Position numbers and translations under genes: made by a program. A DNA stretch of 60,591 nt from an uncultured Bacteroides sp. (lineage in GTDB: Bacteria; Bacteroidota; Bacteroidia; Bacteroidales; SM23-62). Of this stretch, positions 36,080 to 46,277 are shown in pieces. The DNA is taken from contig CAZGOR010000001.1 in the NCBI GenBank assembly GCA_964527875.1, forward strand, positions 1 to 60,591, written 5' to 3'. Below the pieces are notes generated by a model. That model saw only the letters and a program-made list of their open reading frames with translations, was not told the DNA's origin and did not search any database. Each line of letters starts with the position of its first letter. Within the stretch, counting starts at the first letter, position 1.

Positions 36080-37096
36080 TCAAATAAAAATTTTGTTCCA
36101 TTCTTTAAATTCTCTTTTCTTCCAGCTTCCCTGATGGTATACATAACTGACGATAAGGGGAAGGACTGATGTTGCTTCAGCATATACCATTTGTTCAAAT
36201 ACGCTATCAACTTTTCCCCAGGATGAAGCTTCTTTAAGAGTAGAACCGGAACAACCGCCATCGCGGGCATCAGCAACTGTTATTTGAATGGCATATTTGT
36301 GCATGGGGATGTATTCTCCAAGGATCTCAGCACAAACAACTGTATCCTGGGCAAAATTTTTTGGAACGCCACCACCTATCATAAATAATCCGGTAACGGG
36401 TGCTTTCATTTTGATCATAGTTAATTCGCGGAAATCTTTTACCGAATCAATTACAATATGTTTATCAGGATTTTGCCATTGATGTTTAACAAGCCCGAAA
36501 CCGGCACTGCTATCACTGAACGCCGGGCAGAAGATCGGGACATTCTTTTCATATGCTGTTTGTATCAGAGAATCCTTTTTAACAGCATTTTTAATCAGGT
36601 ATTTTCCCATCTCCTTGATAAACTCTCTCGATGAATAAATACCCGGTTTCATATTGTCAGCAATATCTTTTATGGTATTGTCACATTCCTGTAATTCATC
36701 TTCATCAATATAGGTTTCATAGATCCTGTCAATATAATGATGTCTTAATTCTTTATCTTTTACAAACTGGCTTCCCTTGTAATGATTAAAACCGATTGCT
36801 TCAAAGAAATCCATATCTGCAATTGCGGCGCCTGATGCCACAATAATATCAACTAATTTATACTTAACCATATCGGAATATATCTGCATACAACCTCCGG
36901 CACTTGTACTTCCTGCTAATGTCAGAATAGTGGTTGAGTTATGGTCACGGACCATGCGTTCAAAAATGTCAGCTGCCTGTGCAGTTTCCCGGGAAGTAAA
37001 TGACATATCTCTCATACTATTGATGATGGGCCTTGAATCAAATAAGGTGATGTCAATATGCCTGATTTTATCTTTTAGAAAATCGGATTTCTTCAT
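36080..37096 (-). CDS. deoxyhypusine synthase-like protein (probable polyamine/homospermidine-type enzyme)
   Basis: 338 aa. Motifs LAGSTSAGG, IGGGVPKNFAQD and DGGCSGSTLKEASSWGKV are characteristic of the deoxyhypusine synthase fold. Confidence 0.8.
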   Translation of the reverse strand: MKKSDFLKDKIRHIDITLFDSRPIINSMRDMSFTSRETAQAADIFERMVRDHNSTTILTLAGSTSAGGCMQIYSDMVKYKLVDIIVASGAAIADMDFFEAIGFNHYKGSQFVKDKELRHHYIDRIYETYIDEDELQECDNTIKDIADNMKPGIYSSREFIKEMGKYLIKNAVKKDSLIQTAYEKNVPIFCPAFSDSSAGFGLVKHQWQNPDKHIVIDSVKDFRELTMIKMKAPVTGLFMIGGGVPKNFAQDTVVCAEILGEYIPMHKYAIQITVADARDGGCSGSTLKEASSWGKVDSVFEQMVYAEATSVLPLIVSYVYHQGSWKKREFKEWNKIFI

Positions 37097-37730
37097 TTCA
37101 TCTTTTATTATATTTTGTTCCTAAAGTAAAATATTTATTTAGAAAAAATGCAAATCTTAAAAGGTTAGTTTTATTCAACAGAGAATATTTTTTAGCCCTG
37201 TTATGTTAAAATCAGTTATGCACTTTATGTTTGATTGTTAATCGACAGTTGTGTCCACCAGGTATGTGTTACAACCTTAGAAAAGAGATTGTTTTTAGTT
37301 CGTGGAGTAATTATTGAGTAAGGTATTGTGGACTTACCCCTCTTTTGATTCCCCCCTCTCTCGTGAAAGCTACTCTATATGCACATTTCTATCCAGACCA
37401 GACAGGATGTGGCCTTTAAACATCGTATCCAACTTTTCCTGAACTCTGGTACAGATTATTAGCTGTTATAGTGATGTGCTTTTGTATCTTTTATAACAGC
37501 CAAGGTGTATTGTTTGTATATACTTGACTCTCTTCCTACCGCCCCCCTTCTCTGAAGTATCTACGGTACAGGTAGATAGTATACAAGGGGTCATATACAT
37601 GGTTTACACTTTTCACCTTTTTTATAGGTTAATAATTCGCATTTTTCCCAAATCTGATAACCGATAAATGAAGGTTTTTATCATTAATGTATGGAAGTCT
37701 TGATGTTATCATGAAGCATTATAAATGCCT

Positions 37731-37789
37731 GACTCTCCCCACCTGTCTTCCCCTCTCTGCCTTGCAGAGAGGGGGTTAGGGGGAGAGTC
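37731..37789. repeat. long C-rich/G-rich hairpin immediately upstream of the DUF559 gene
   Basis: The outer pair is gactctcccc (37731-37740) with ggggagagtc (37780-37789). The inner stem is ctctctgc-ctt-gcagagag. Related copies lie at 37331-37363, 37526-37554 and 38281-38349, with an inverted copy at 38424-38489. Confidence 0.8.
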
Positions 37790-37855
37790 AGGTGAATACT
37801 AACAATACATCTTTCTGATTAAAAGGGAATAAAAGAATAATTAATTCAAAATGAA

Positions 37856-38218
37856 ATGCTATACTCCGAGATTAAAGAAATTTTGCAAAGATTACGCAGG
37901 AATATGATTCCTTCTAAAAGAATTCTTTGGGAAGAATTAAGAAATAAAAGATTGGCCGGAAAAAAATTCTACAGACAGCATCCAATATTTTATGATTCAA
38001 TAAATAACGATCATTTTTTCTTTGTTGCTGACTTTTATTGTGCTCAAAGTAAATTAGTTATTGAATTGGATGGGTGGTCAATTCATGAGTTCCAGAAAGA
38101 AAAGGACTATCATCGCGATCTGATTTTAAAAGAAAAGGGATTAAGAGTTCTTCATATTAAGAATGAAGAGTTAAATGATATTAATAGGATTAAGAAAAAG
38201 ATCATGGAATACCTTTAG
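37856..38218 (+). CDS. DUF559 domain protein (Vsr/restriction-endonuclease-like fold)
   Basis: 120 aa. The segment RRNMIPSKRILWEELRNKRLAGKKFYRQHPI...FVADFYCAQSKLVIELDG..H.......D..RD..L...G..VL matches the DUF559 pattern (recognised from memory). Confidence 0.8.
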   Translation: MLYSEIKEILQRLRRNMIPSKRILWEELRNKRLAGKKFYRQHPIFYDSINNDHFFFVADFYCAQSKLVIELDGWSIHEFQKEKDYHRDLILKEKGLRVLHIKNEELNDINRIKKKIMEYL

Positions 38219-38557
38219 TAAAATAAGTAATTAAATAAATTGTAGATTTTTTTATAATTAGTATTGGTTGAAAATTAAAAGACTCCTATTTCCCCATCAA
38301 CTTTCGATATAGATTCCTCTCCTCTCTGCCTTGTAGAGAGGGGAGAGTCAAGAGATCTTTGTATACAGATTCCAAGTCTCATTTTATATAATCTTTAAAA
38401 ATATTTATGTATAAAGAGTAACTCTCGAGAGAGAGGGGACAGCCTGCCTGTCGAATCCGCCAATTGGCAGAACAGTCAGGGGGAGTGATTCCTGAGGACA
38501 TAGTGTGAACAGGATTTCTATTGAAAATATTCGTTGTGAGATAGCCCCGGGGGTGAA

Positions 38558-39361
38558 TCAAAAAGAAGGTGAATCAGCTGATTTATAAATTTTAATCCTG
38601 TCTTTCTGAACGAGATATAAAGTTCTTTGTTGGATCATAACAAATTGCAAATCAGTTGTATCAGGTAATTCAAATTTAGTATTGGTATAAGTTGATAGGT
38701 TGAATTTGTAAAATGACTGATGACTGGTATAAAATATATTTTCATCAGTAACCTGGAATAGTTTGTCTGGGAAAACATGTAAAGTTTGGTTATAAGTTCC
38801 GAAACGGTCAAAGGTGAGGATTCCGGTATTTGGAACATTCAGATAAACAATACTGCTTTTTTCAGTCATTGAGCAGGGAATATTTTCTCCTGTGAGTGGT
38901 TGAAGATTAATACTTTCATGAATAAGCCTGAGATCGGAATCAAAATACTGAATCTGTTTTTTAAGGCTGTTATATATCCAGAATCCTCCCTGGCTTGATG
39001 AGCAGACCAGTTCAGCCTGGTCAATATAAAGATCATCAAGGCGAATAGGGCTTCTTAATTCAAGAAGGAAATTATCTAACCAGAGGATCTGATTAAATTC
39101 TTTGTAAAAAACAAGTATCCGCAAAGGATCAGATACATCAACAGAAGTAATATTACCCAGATAAACATTGGTGTAGTCAGCCAATTTTTCCAGCATGTTA
39201 TTATATTTCCGGATCCGGTTATCCTGAATAATATATATATTTCCAATGGGGTCGGAATAATACTGATCACCTTGTATTTTAAGTGTCCCGGTTAGTTTAT
39301 AGTCAGTTTGAAATTCAATCAAAATGATTTGCAAAAGAAGAAGGATGAATATTATTCGCAT
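38558..39361 (-). CDS. hypothetical secreted protein
   Basis: 267 aa with an N-terminal hydrophobic signal and beta-rich sequence. It lies 4 nt downstream of the GH3 gene, so it is probably co-transcribed. Confidence 0.5.
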   Translation of the reverse strand: MRIIFILLLLQIILIEFQTDYKLTGTLKIQGDQYYSDPIGNIYIIQDNRIRKYNNMLEKLADYTNVYLGNITSVDVSDPLRILVFYKEFNQILWLDNFLLELRSPIRLDDLYIDQAELVCSSSQGGFWIYNSLKKQIQYFDSDLRLIHESINLQPLTGENIPCSMTEKSSIVYLNVPNTGILTFDRFGTYNQTLHVFPDKLFQVTDENIFYTSHQSFYKFNLSTYTNTKFELPDTTDLQFVMIQQRTLYLVQKDRIKIYKSADSPSF

Positions 39362-39365
39362 GTTA

Positions 39366-40874
39366 TTATAACAATTTGAATATTTCTTCTACATATTTTC
39401 TGTTATTTGAGAGTCGGGGAACCTTATTCTGTCCACCTAATTTTCCTTTACTTTTTAGCCATTTGTAAAATGTCCCTTTTTCGAGATTACGGATGACAGG
39501 CATTTCAAGGGTGATGTTTTTATAGCGTTTGGCTTCATAATCAGAATTAATACTACAAAGTGCATTATCCAGTATTCTGGTGAAATATTCAATATTTTCA
39601 GGTGGATTATCAAATTCAATCAACCATTCATGAGACCCTTTCGATTTATCGGTCATATATATAGGTGCAGCGGTGTATTCCTTAATCGAACTATTTGTTT
39701 TTTCACAGGCAATTTTTAAGGCTTTTTCGGTATTATCAATAATAATTTCTTCTCCGAATGCATTAATAAAGTGTTTTGTCCTGCCTGAGATTTTTATTTT
39801 ATGTGGGTAAACAGATGTAAATATTATTGTATCTCCAATCAGGTAGCGCCAAAGGCCTCCGTTAGTGGTAAGGATCATGGCATAATTGACATCTGTTTCA
39901 ACATCAGCAATGGTGTAGGCTGTGGGAGCAGGAGATTCAAGATCTTCAACAGGTATAAATTCGTAAAAAACACCATAATCGAGCATCAGTAACATACCAT
40001 CATGGGAAGGATCGTTTTGCAGGGCAAAAAAACCTTCTGAAGCATTATATACTTCCATATAGTTCATTGAATCTGAAGGTATAACCCTGTTAAATTGATC
40101 TTTGTAGGGAGTAAAGCTTACACCTCCGTGAGTAAATAGTTCAAGGTTTGGCCAGACTTCGAGTAGATTCTTTTTTCCCGTAAATTCAAGGATATGATTG
40201 ATCAGGACCAAATTCCATGAAGGTACACCAGCAATATTGGTAACATTGTCTTTTATGGTTTCACGTGTTATCAAATCAAGTTTTTCTTCCCATTCTTCCA
40301 TTAATGCTACCTCCTGGCTGGGTGTGCGTATAAAATTAGCCCAGAAAGGCAGGTTTTCTATTAGTATGGCCGACAGATCACCATAGTAGGATTGGTTGGT
40401 GTAACTGCTGATCTTGTGACTTCCACCAAGAGTAAGTCCTTTTCCTGTAAGTATTTTAGTATCGGGATTGTTCTGGGTATAAATGGCAATGATATCTTTG
40501 CCGCCTCGAAAATGACAATCCTCGAGTGCCTCCATACTTACAGGGATGAACTTACTTTTATCGGTGGTTGTTCCTGATGATTTAGCAAACCATTTTATTT
40601 CACTAGGCCATAAAAGATTCTGTTCACCTTCCATAACTCTTTTAATGAAATCTTTCAGGTCATCATATGAATGAACAGGAACATGTTTTTGAAATTTCTG
40701 AATAGAATCAATTTCAGAAAAATTGAATTTTTTGCCAAATTCCGTATTTGCTGCCCTGTTAATCAATTTTAACAGGGTTTCTCTCTGGACATCGAATGGG
40801 TATTTCATAAAAAGGTCAATCTGATGCAACCTTTTAGTATTTAACCAGGAGACTATGGAACTTATAATTGGCAT
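39366..40874 (-). CDS. GH3 family (acyl-acid amido synthetase-like) protein
   Basis: 502 aa. The N-terminal pattern FGKKFNFSEI...FQKHVPVHSYDDLKDFIKRV...FAKSSGTTTDKSKFIPVS is typical of bacterial GH3 auxin-responsive-promoter family proteins. Confidence 0.8.
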   Translation of the reverse strand: MPIISSIVSWLNTKRLHQIDLFMKYPFDVQRETLLKLINRAANTEFGKKFNFSEIDSIQKFQKHVPVHSYDDLKDFIKRVMEGEQNLLWPSEIKWFAKSSGTTTDKSKFIPVSMEALEDCHFRGGKDIIAIYTQNNPDTKILTGKGLTLGGSHKISSYTNQSYYGDLSAILIENLPFWANFIRTPSQEVALMEEWEEKLDLITRETIKDNVTNIAGVPSWNLVLINHILEFTGKKNLLEVWPNLELFTHGGVSFTPYKDQFNRVIPSDSMNYMEVYNASEGFFALQNDPSHDGMLLMLDYGVFYEFIPVEDLESPAPTAYTIADVETDVNYAMILTTNGGLWRYLIGDTIIFTSVYPHKIKISGRTKHFINAFGEEIIIDNTEKALKIACEKTNSSIKEYTAAPIYMTDKSKGSHEWLIEFDNPPENIEYFTRILDNALCSINSDYEAKRYKNITLEMPVIRNLEKGTFYKWLKSKGKLGGQNKVPRLSNNRKYVEEIFKLL

Positions 40875-41036
40875 AAACTAAGCGGAAAGGATTAGTCAAA
40901 ATATTACCTGAATGATGAATCCAAACTCACACTCGCACCCCCACATCGACTTACGATTGCTTGCTCCCACATGGCTACAGACATAACCTGCTATTAAATA
41001 TTTGTTCTGTATATATTTCACGACTCACGATTCACG

Positions 41037-42086
41037 TTATAAAATAAGGATTGCGTCACCGTAAGTACCAAAGCGGTATTTTTCTTTAATAGCTATTTTA
41101 TAACTCTCGAACAATAAATTATAACCTGCAAAAGCTGCAACCATCATAAGCAGCGTTGACAGAGGGAGGTGAAAATTAGAGATCATCATATTTGGGATCT
41201 TGAAATTATAAGGGGGGAATATGAACTTATTGGTCCATCCATCGTAAGGTTTAAGATATCCTGTCGTGGATACAGAGCTTTCAAGTGTCCGGGTAACAGT
41301 TGTTCCCACGGCACAAATATTATTTTTACGGTTTTTTCCTGCATTAACAATATTTGCCGCTTCCTCCGAAATAATGATACGTTCTGAATCCATTTTATGT
41401 TTTGTGAGATCTTCAACATCCACTGTCCTGAAATTTCCTAATCCGACATGAAGGGTAATAAATGCGAATTCACACCCTCTGATTTCAAGCCGTTTTAACA
41501 ACTGTTTGCTGAAATGCATTCCGGCGGTGGGAGCTGCCACTGCACCTTCATGCTTGGCATAAACTGTTTGATACCTTTCCTGATCCTCTGGTTCAACATT
41601 TCTTTTAATAAATCTGGGCAGAGGGGTTTCTCCAAGACTGTACAGGGTTTTTTTAAAGTCTTCGTAATCCCCGTCGTACAAAAACCGCAGGGTTCTTCCC
41701 CTGGAAGTTGTATTATCAATAACTTCAGCAACCAATATATCATCTTCCCCGAAATAAAGTTTATTTCCTATCCGGATCTTTCTGGCAGGATCGACGAGTA
41801 CGTCCCAGAGTCGTTGCTCTCTATTCAATTCCCTGAGAAGAAATACTTCGATCTCCGCTCCTGTTTTTTCTTTATTGCCATAAAGTCGGGCTGGAAATAC
41901 TTTTGTATTATTGAAAACCAATACATCTTTGTCATTAAAATATTCCAGTATGTCTTTAAAAATCCTGTGCTCAATTTCTTGTGTATCCCTGTGAAGTACC
42001 ATTAGCCTTGACTCATCCCTGTTTTCAGCCGGATACTTTGCGATCAGATTATCAGGTAAATAATATTTAAATTGAGATAGCTTCAT
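41037..42086 (-). CDS. queA: S-adenosylmethionine:tRNA ribosyltransferase-isomerase
   Basis: 349 aa. [31 protein letters not shown], and PTAGMHF and [10 protein letters not shown] motifs. Confidence 0.95.
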   Translation of the reverse strand: MKLSQFKYYLPDNLIAKYPAENRDESRLMVLHRDTQEIEHRIFKDILEYFNDKDVLVFNNTKVFPARLYGNKEKTGAEIEVFLLRELNREQRLWDVLVDPARKIRIGNKLYFGEDDILVAEVIDNTTSRGRTLRFLYDGDYEDFKKTLYSLGETPLPRFIKRNVEPEDQERYQTVYAKHEGAVAAPTAGMHFSKQLLKRLEIRGCEFAFITLHVGLGNFRTVDVEDLTKHKMDSERIIISEEAANIVNAGKNRKNNICAVGTTVTRTLESSVSTTGYLKPYDGWTNKFIFPPYNFKIPNMMISNFHLPLSTLLMMVAAFAGYNLLFESYKIAIKEKYRFGTYGDAILIL

Positions 42087-42147
42087 ACAATATATATTTT
42101 ATTATAACTTTTTTCGGAAACCTTTTTACGTATAAAATTTCAATTAG

Positions 42148-42852
42148 TTACAAAAATTTTATTTTTTCTTCAAAATTTTTCAGAGTAAAGGCATCAGAGA
42201 GTTTATAATTTCCAATAGCTGTTCTTTTCAGGGCAACAAGATGTGCCCCGCTGTTGAGTGCTTCACCAATATCTCTGGTCAAAGCCCTGATATATGTCCC
42301 TTTTCCACATCTTATCCGGAGCATAAGAACAGGCCTGTCATATTCAAGTAATTCAATTTCCCTGATATATACAACGTTTGGTTTCATCTCGATATTTTCT
42401 CCTTTGCGGGCAAAGTTATAGGCCCTTTTACCTTTCAGTCGTTTGGCCGAAAATAATGGTGGCACCTGTTTGATCTTGCCTGTAAATTGAGGAAGTATTT
42501 TAAGGATTCTTTCCCGTGTAATATGTTCGGTTGCATATGTTCGATTTACTTCTGTTTCGAGATCATAAGAAGGAGTTGTCTTTCCCAGGCAGATTGTGGC
42601 AATATATTCTTTTTCAAGAGAAAGATACTTGGTGATGTCCTTTGTAGCATTGCCGGTACATATAATCATCAGTCCGGTAGCAAGCGGATCGAGTGTCCCG
42701 GCATGTCCGACTTTTATCCATTTATACCTGAATCGTTTCTGCAAAAGGATCCTGATCTTGTTAGCCACATCAAATGACGACCAATCAAGAGGTTTATTGA
42801 TCAGAATTACTGACCCTTTCATAAAATCTGTCTGTTTTGAAATTTCAGGCAT
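42148..42852 (-). CDS. truB: tRNA pseudouridine(55) synthase
   Basis: 234 aa. VGHAGTLDPLATGLMIICTG contains the catalytic Asp motif. Confidence 0.9.
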   Translation of the reverse strand: MPEISKQTDFMKGSVILINKPLDWSSFDVANKIRILLQKRFRYKWIKVGHAGTLDPLATGLMIICTGNATKDITKYLSLEKEYIATICLGKTTPSYDLETEVNRTYATEHITRERILKILPQFTGKIKQVPPLFSAKRLKGKRAYNFARKGENIEMKPNVVYIREIELLEYDRPVLMLRIRCGKGTYIRALTRDIGEALNSGAHLVALKRTAIGNYKLSDAFTLKNFEEKIKFL

Positions 42853-42855
42853 GGA

Positions 42856-43641
42856 TCAAAATGAAATAATAATAGCTGTCGCACCGACCAGAAAACAATA
42901 AATCCCGAAATAAACGAGTTTGCCTTTTCTTACAATACTGAGCATCCATTTGCATGCGAGATACCCGGTTATAAAGGCAGAAACGAAACCAATCAAAAGA
43001 GGGATTAACCCGGTTGTATTCTTATTTAACATTTCTCCTGACAGAAGGTCAACCAGGTTAGCACCAATAATAGGAAGTAAAACCATTAAAAATGAAAAGC
43101 TGGCAGTTTCATCCTTTTTATTACCAAGAAGCAGGCCGGTTGATATTGTTGCCCCACTTCTTGAAATTCCTGGCAATACAGCCAGTGCCTGTGCAATACC
43201 AATGATGAATGCTCCTGCAAATGTAATGTTTCTGTTCCTATCTTTAGCGAAATACGATATTATAAGGAGAAATGCAGTGACCAGAAGCATGCTGCCGACA
43301 AATCTGACATTACCGGAAAAGAATTGTTCAACAAAATCCCTGAAAAAAATACCTACGAATGCTACAGGGATCAGTGAGATCAGGAGTTTTGTGATATATT
43401 TTGTGGAGCTATCCCATTTTAATGCCATGGCTCCGGCAAACATGGTTTTAAGCTCCGACCAGAATACTACAATAATACTCAGAACGGTAGCACCGTGAAC
43501 GGAAACGGCAAAGGACATGTCTTTACCTATTTGGACGTTCAGGATAACCCTGCCAAGTTCAAGATGACCGCTACTACTGACAGGTAGAAATTCTGTGAGA
43601 CCCTGGATTATCCCGAGAATTAAAGCTTCATACCACTCCAT
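42856..43641 (-). CDS. uppP: undecaprenyl-diphosphate phosphatase
   Basis: MEWYEALILGIIQGLTEFLPVSSSGHL and PGISRSGATI motifs. The preferred start is at 43641; the ORF is open to 43695. Confidence 0.9.
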   Translation of the reverse strand: MEWYEALILGIIQGLTEFLPVSSSGHLELGRVILNVQIGKDMSFAVSVHGATVLSIIVVFWSELKTMFAGAMALKWDSSTKYITKLLISLIPVAFVGIFFRDFVEQFFSGNVRFVGSMLLVTAFLLIISYFAKDRNRNITFAGAFIIGIAQALAVLPGISRSGATISTGLLLGNKKDETASFSFLMVLLPIIGANLVDLLSGEMLNKNTTGLIPLLIGFVSAFITGYLACKWMLSIVRKGKLVYFGIYCFLVGATAIIISF

Positions 43642-43652
43642 TATATCCTTTT

Positions 43653-43913
43653 CTATTCTTTCCCGGTTTCTTTCGATTTTTTCATGATTGCCCATATCTC
43701 AAAGGCAAAACCTAGTAGTACAATAATTGGAGCCAGTGTAATTCTCCTGAAGCTGAAGATAGCTGGATTAAATTCATTTGGATTCTCTGCTTTTCCTCCT
43801 ATCATCAGCAGAAATCCAATAATGATGATAACAAAACCGATGATGATTAATATATAATTCTTTTTCTGAAGAGGGAAATCAGGTTTTTCCTGTTCTGATT
43901 TTTTCTTAACCAT
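43653..43913 (-). CDS. DUF3098 family small membrane protein
   Basis: 86 aa with two TM helices. Its position between ftsX and uppP is conserved in Bacteroidota. Confidence 0.65.
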   Translation of the reverse strand: MVKKKSEQEKPDFPLQKKNYILIIIGFVIIIIGFLLMIGGKAENPNEFNPAIFSFRRITLAPIIVLLGFAFEIWAIMKKSKETGKE

Positions 43914-43924
43914 TTTTTTTTAAT

Positions 43925-44824
43925 TTAGTAATAAAGATCATCTGATCTCATTTTTAAGTACTTATTTACAGCAAAGAAAGTTGAGATCCAATTTAAAATA
44001 ATACCCAGGATAAGTACGATTAAAAAGAGGATTCCCAGTATATCTATATCCTGGAAGCTTATAATTTCCAGCAATTCATGTTGTGCAATATAAATCACGC
44101 CAATGAGAAGAAGTAATGCAATAATAGCAGCATAAACACCGTGTGTGGCACTTTTTATCAGGAAAGGTTTACGGATAAATGATTTTGTGGCACCAACGAG
44201 TTGCATGGTTTTAATCAGGAATCGTTTTGAGTAAACCGAGAGGCGTATGGTATTATTGATCAGGGCGATGGCTATTAGAAATAATAATCCGCTGAATGCC
44301 AATATGATAAGACTTATTTTCTGAATGTTATTATGAACAAGGTGTACGAGTGATTTCTGATAGAATACTTCGCTTACTTCCTCATAATTAAGGATTTCCT
44401 TTTCGATCATCGCAATGCTGTCGGGATTAGCAAAACGGGCATTAAACCTCACTTCAATGGAAGCTTCAAGCGGGTTATAACCAAGGAACTCGATAAAATC
44501 TTCACCCAGTTCTTCCTGAAGCTCTCTGGCCGCTTCCTCTTTGGTTATATAATCAGTTGATTTAACAAACGGCATGGCATCAAGACGTTTCTGGAGACGG
44601 ATGATATCAACTTCACGTATATTTTCTTTCAGAAGAATGGAAAATCCAATATTCTCTTTTACATGATCTGATATTTTTTTTGCATTTAACAAAAGTAATC
44701 CTATCAATCCCAAAAGGAAAAGAACAAGGGAAATGCTGATAATGGAGGTAATATAGGAACTTCTTAATTTTCCTTTTCTGATACTGCTTTCCTTCTTCTT
44801 CATAGATGCTGAATAAGAATGCAA
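43925..44824 (-). CDS. ftsX: cell division protein FtsX-like permease
   Basis: 299 aa. One N-terminal TM helix, a periplasmic domain, then three C-terminal TM helices with the MQLVGATKSFIRKPF motif. Confidence 0.8.
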   Translation of the reverse strand: MHSYSASMKKKESSIRKGKLRSSYITSIISISLVLFLLGLIGLLLLNAKKISDHVKENIGFSILLKENIREVDIIRLQKRLDAMPFVKSTDYITKEEAARELQEELGEDFIEFLGYNPLEASIEVRFNARFANPDSIAMIEKEILNYEEVSEVFYQKSLVHLVHNNIQKISLIILAFSGLLFLIAIALINNTIRLSVYSKRFLIKTMQLVGATKSFIRKPFLIKSATHGVYAAIIALLLLIGVIYIAQHELLEIISFQDIDILGILFLIVLILGIILNWISTFFAVNKYLKMRSDDLYY

Positions 44825-44968
44825 AGATAAAAATTAGATTGTTAAACTGTTCGTGAGGCTAACATTATGCAAACCGAAGGTGTAGCATAATGTTTTAGCC
44901 GAACAATCCCGGTAGCGAAGCGTATCGGGATTAAATTGTTTAATTGTAACCATTTAACTATTTAACAA

Positions 44969-45985
44969 TTAATTCACGATCTCGATCCATCCATAGGGAT
45001 CAGGTTCGTCACCATACTGAATAGCAGTAAGTTTGTTATAGAGCTTTACAGATAGCGGGCCTGGTTTGCCATCTTTACAATATTCGTGGGTTTTGTTTAC
45101 ATCAGGATCGACAATTTTCCCGATTGGACTGATAACAGCAGCTGTTCCGCATGCTCCAGCTTCAATGAAGGAGTCCAATTCATCAACTGCAACAGGCCGT
45201 TTTGAGACCTTCATTCCCATTTTTTCGGCTAGTATCATCAAGCTCTTATTTGTTATGGATGGAAGTATAGAATCCGAATCGGGGGTGATATAAGTATTGT
45301 TTTTGATACCAAAGAAATTTGCAGGACCGCATTCATCTATGTATTTTTTTTCTTTTGCATCAAGGTAAATTACAGAAGCGAATCCTTTTTTATGTCCTTC
45401 TTCAATTGATAACAGGCTGGCAGCATAGTTGCCTCCAACTTTAATGTGGCCGGTTCCCTTTGGTGCAGCACGATCATATTGCCTGCAGATCATCATATTT
45501 ACAGGTTTAAATCCTTCCTTAAAATAGGGTCCTACAGGGGTGACAAAAACCATAAATAAATATTCAACGGCAGGTTTAACACCTACCTCAGCTCCGCTGC
45601 CTATCAGTAAAGGCCGCAAATACAAGGAGGCACCTGTACCATAGGGCGGAATGTATTTTTTGTTTAATCTGATTACTGTTGTAATAGCTTTATGGAAAAG
45701 ATCATGAGGAACAACAGCCATTTTGATACCTTTTGCACTATTAGCCATACGGCTGGCATTATCCTGCCATCTGAAGATCCTGATATTCCCATCTTTTCCC
45801 ATATATGCTTTCATTCCTTCGAATGCTTCCTGACCGTAATGCAATGATGTAGCTGCCATGTGAAGAGGGATATATTCGGATGAGCTGATTTCGAGTTCGC
45901 CCCATTTTCCTTCTCTGAAATAACAGCGAACATTATAATCGGCACTCATATAACTGAAAGGAAGATTTTTCCAGTCAATATTCAT
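44969..45985 (-). CDS. ilvE: branched-chain amino acid aminotransferase
   Basis: 338 aa, class IV aminotransferase pattern (YGQEAFEGMKAY, GTGASLYLRP, KVGGNYAASL). Confidence 0.9.
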   Translation of the reverse strand: MNIDWKNLPFSYMSADYNVRCYFREGKWGELEISSSEYIPLHMAATSLHYGQEAFEGMKAYMGKDGNIRIFRWQDNASRMANSAKGIKMAVVPHDLFHKAITTVIRLNKKYIPPYGTGASLYLRPLLIGSGAEVGVKPAVEYLFMVFVTPVGPYFKEGFKPVNMMICRQYDRAAPKGTGHIKVGGNYAASLLSIEEGHKKGFASVIYLDAKEKKYIDECGPANFFGIKNNTYITPDSDSILPSITNKSLMILAEKMGMKVSKRPVAVDELDSFIEAGACGTAAVISPIGKIVDPDVNKTHEYCKDGKPGPLSVKLYNKLTAIQYGDEPDPYGWIEIVN

Positions 45986-46277
45986 GGTTATTATTTATTT
46001 AAATGGTTTAACAGTTCTTAAAATTAGTTATAATAATAGATATTGTCAATGATAATATTTTTTAACGTTCGATATTAATATTATAGGGCTGGAATGTGTC
46101 AGGTTAGCAACTAAACTTTTCTGTATTTACCAATGTTAGATCAACTTCCGATTAACAATTGGTCGTAACTTCACACCCTTATACACAATACCCAAACATA
46201 CCAATTCACCAATTCACAAATTAACTAATATACACACTGGTTAGTATTCTTCTGTTCGAAATGTTCTACTCCATGCT

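Noticed and set aside
37331-37790. Three direct C-rich repeats at a spacing of about 200 bp as a possible degenerate CRISPR array
   Set aside because: The repeats are too divergent and of unequal length, the spacing is far larger than CRISPR spacers, and related copies occur in inverted orientation around DUF559. A REP/hairpin family is the better description.
38379-38561. 60-aa minus-strand ORF downstream of the DUF559 gene
   Set aside because: It spans the inverted C-rich repeat copy and overlaps the stop region of the 38558-39361 gene. There is no supporting feature.
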